64,000 nucleotides of DNA from Raja brachyura (Eukaryota): assembly GCA_963514005.1 (NCBI GenBank), contig OY740806.1, positions 36,022,001 to 36,086,000 of the forward strand, in the 5' to 3' direction. Shown here piece after piece: positions 63,125 through 64,000 of the stretch. The translations under genes were made by a program, and so were the position numbers. The first letter of the stretch is position 1. Every line of letters starts with the position of its first letter. Under the pieces are notes generated by a model. The model searched no databases. It saw only the letters and a program-made list of their open reading frames with translations, and was not told where the DNA came from.

Positions 63125-64000
63125 TTTTGTGTCTATCCTGAAAATGAAGACCAGGCTTGCGGTAAGATGTAGTTGGTATTGGCTGAGGAATGAATCCGCA
63201 CCACAAGGACATCCCTGGGCATCTGAGTTAGAAATAATGGGTGAAGTGTTGTGAAAATGTGAGTGCAGAGGACTGAGAGATGTGGGACTCCAATGCAGTG
63301 CTGAGGCAGTGCTGCATTGTGAGGAGGCATCTCGTGGAAAATATTATTTAGCTGAGCATTGAAACTGAGGTTCTCTGAGGGGGAACTTCAGCTTCGGCAG
63401 CAGTGCAGCGCTGAAGTACCAGCGCGGGGCCGGCGATGCCTTACTGAGGGTCGCCGTGTGGTAAGTTCCGGAGTGCTGTGACCGCTGACTCCGACATCAC
63501 GGAGCTGTCGTTGCGGAGCATCCAGCCGCGGGCGGCACTGAGTTTAAACACCGTGGACCCTGCGATCTCTCGCCAAGATTGCCAGCGTTGGAGCTCTGAC
63601 CAGCGCGGCCTGTGGACTTCGGAAGCCGCGGTCTCTGGCAGCAAGCGGCTGTTCTAGACACTTCAAGCCGCTGAAGATTGTTCTCCCGACGCCAGAGCTC
63701 CATCCGGTGAGAGGGCCTGATACATTGGGCCACCGTTGTGGTGACTTCAGAGGCTTCAAATAGGCCCTGAGCACGGGGTGAACAAGAGAAAGACGACTGG
63801 ACTTTGCTACCTTCCCTCACAGTGGGAACCATTGTGGGGGGATGTTTTTATGTTTTATGTTAAATTCTTCTTTAATGTTGAGTCTTATTTTTATTGGTGT
63901 GCTGCAAATGAGAAATTCAGAAAATGGCTGCCGGAAGTGAGAGTGAGCGCTGGCGCGACTAGCTGCCGCTGCGCCCTCTCCCAATTATGTAACTTGTTTG

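Overview
Repeat-rich vertebrate genomic DNA. The V-SINE/HE1-like SINEs, CR1 LINEs and Penelope-derived repeats suggest a cartilaginous fish, probably a skate or ray (inference). There is one host gene, a complete 13-coding-exon type II transmembrane serine protease on the minus strand (ATG at 34140, stop ending at 16282; 1491 nt, 496 aa; all introns GT-AG with matching phases). Its best match is TMPRSS13. The rest is mostly mobile DNA: a degenerate DIRS1-like tyrosine-recombinase retrotransposon (56264-61676) with a Penelope-like element nested in its right terminus, a 5'-truncated L1 carrying a Harbinger-type MITE, and many Rex/Babar, CR1, Tx1 and SINE fragments. There is also a 13-bp minisatellite abutting a splice donor and an ~8-kb mosaic of direct and inverted duplications upstream of the gene. 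The most striking pattern is a dispersed family of short, often fold-back repeats derived from the Penelope 3' end. They carry a minimal hammerhead-ribozyme core (CUGAAGA-A-GGGU-CUCG-ACCC-GAAA-CG-UC) and several have their own target-site duplications. All calls were made by eye; no database search was run.
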